Origin: a virus
Lineage: Duplodnaviria; Caudoviricetes
IMG/VR virus record: IMGVR_UViG_3300037493_001856
Span: 1 to 62,362 of that record
Strand: one strand, 5' to 3'
Length of the DNA stretch: 62,362 bases
Under the pieces are notes generated by a model that saw only the letters and a list, made by a program, of their open reading frames with translations, ran no database searches and was not told the DNA's origin. Of the stretch, positions 61,873 to 62,362 are shown piece after piece. The translations under genes were made by a program, and so were the position numbers. Position 1 is the first letter of the stretch. Each line of letters opens with the position of its first letter.

Positions 61873-62343
61873 ATGAGCCAAGCAATTATCGAAGAGCGCA
61901 GATACGATCCCCAAATTTCACTCGCGGTGATGTCGCACATGGAAGAACGGCTGACAGCGCACGCGGTACAGATGGAACGTAAGTTCGACAACCATACGCG
62001 AGATGAAATGGAACGCTACTCGGAAATCCTTGCATTGATAGCGCAGTCGAACACCGACCACAACGAACGGCACAAGGCGTTGCTCCACTCAGTCGAGTCT
62101 CACATGGAAAAGACCGGTGAGATTTACGAACACTTCGTCGAGGCGTTCCCCACGGACAAGAAGGGCAAGCCAGACTTCCACGGTCACGCTGCCGCACATG
62201 AGTCGTGGATTGAAAGCTCCAAGGAAACCAAGGAGCTTCTCGGCTACGTCAAGAAGATCGTACTGGCTTCGGCAGCCACAGCACTTGTGTCTTGGGTGAC
62301 GTTCCTGATCTGGAATGGCGTGCTACACGGGCCGGTGAAATAG
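61873..62343 (+). CDS. Membrane-anchored protein preceding the lysis genes
   Basis: AFP....GH...HE..I motif plus C-terminal TM helix. Confidence 0.55.
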   Translation: MSQAIIEERRYDPQISLAVMSHMEERLTAHAVQMERKFDNHTRDEMERYSEILALIAQSNTDHNERHKALLHSVESHMEKTGEIYEHFVEAFPTDKKGKPDFHGHAAAHESWIESSKETKELLGYVKKIVLASAATALVSWVTFLIWNGVLHGPVK

Positions 62344-62362
62344 CAATGGAAATTGAACTGAT

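Overview
The window is a complete, circularly closed (85-bp end overlap) dsDNA tailed-phage genome of about 62.3 kb with a podovirus-like gene set. The + strand carries the late arm (43.7-62.3 kb, continuing into 0-17 kb): terminase, portal, GroES, scaffold, capsid, adaptors, tail fibre, lysis genes, ejection proteins and a large polyvalent protein. The - strand carries the early/replication arm (17-43.4 kb): MoxR/VWA module, many small ORFs, PolA, Cas4-like exonuclease, SNF2 helicase, SSB-like protein and primase-helicase. I recognise no integrase, repressor, tRNA, reverse transcriptase or CRISPR array. The standout feature is an integrase-less integron-like cassette array at 31.3-33.7 kb: six attC-type sites (five well folded, one hybrid) plus a long degenerate boundary site. 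The core boxes at each cassette's two ends are reverse-complementary, and every cargo ORF is antisense to canonical cassette polarity, i.e. co-directional with the phage early operon. Next to it lies a region of ORFs built from shared sequence modules (28.8-31.3 kb). Eleven copies of a 15-bp palindrome, TGTGAG-N3-CTCACA, were found only at 35.2-43.5 kb. All calls come from reading motifs by eye; no database searches were run.
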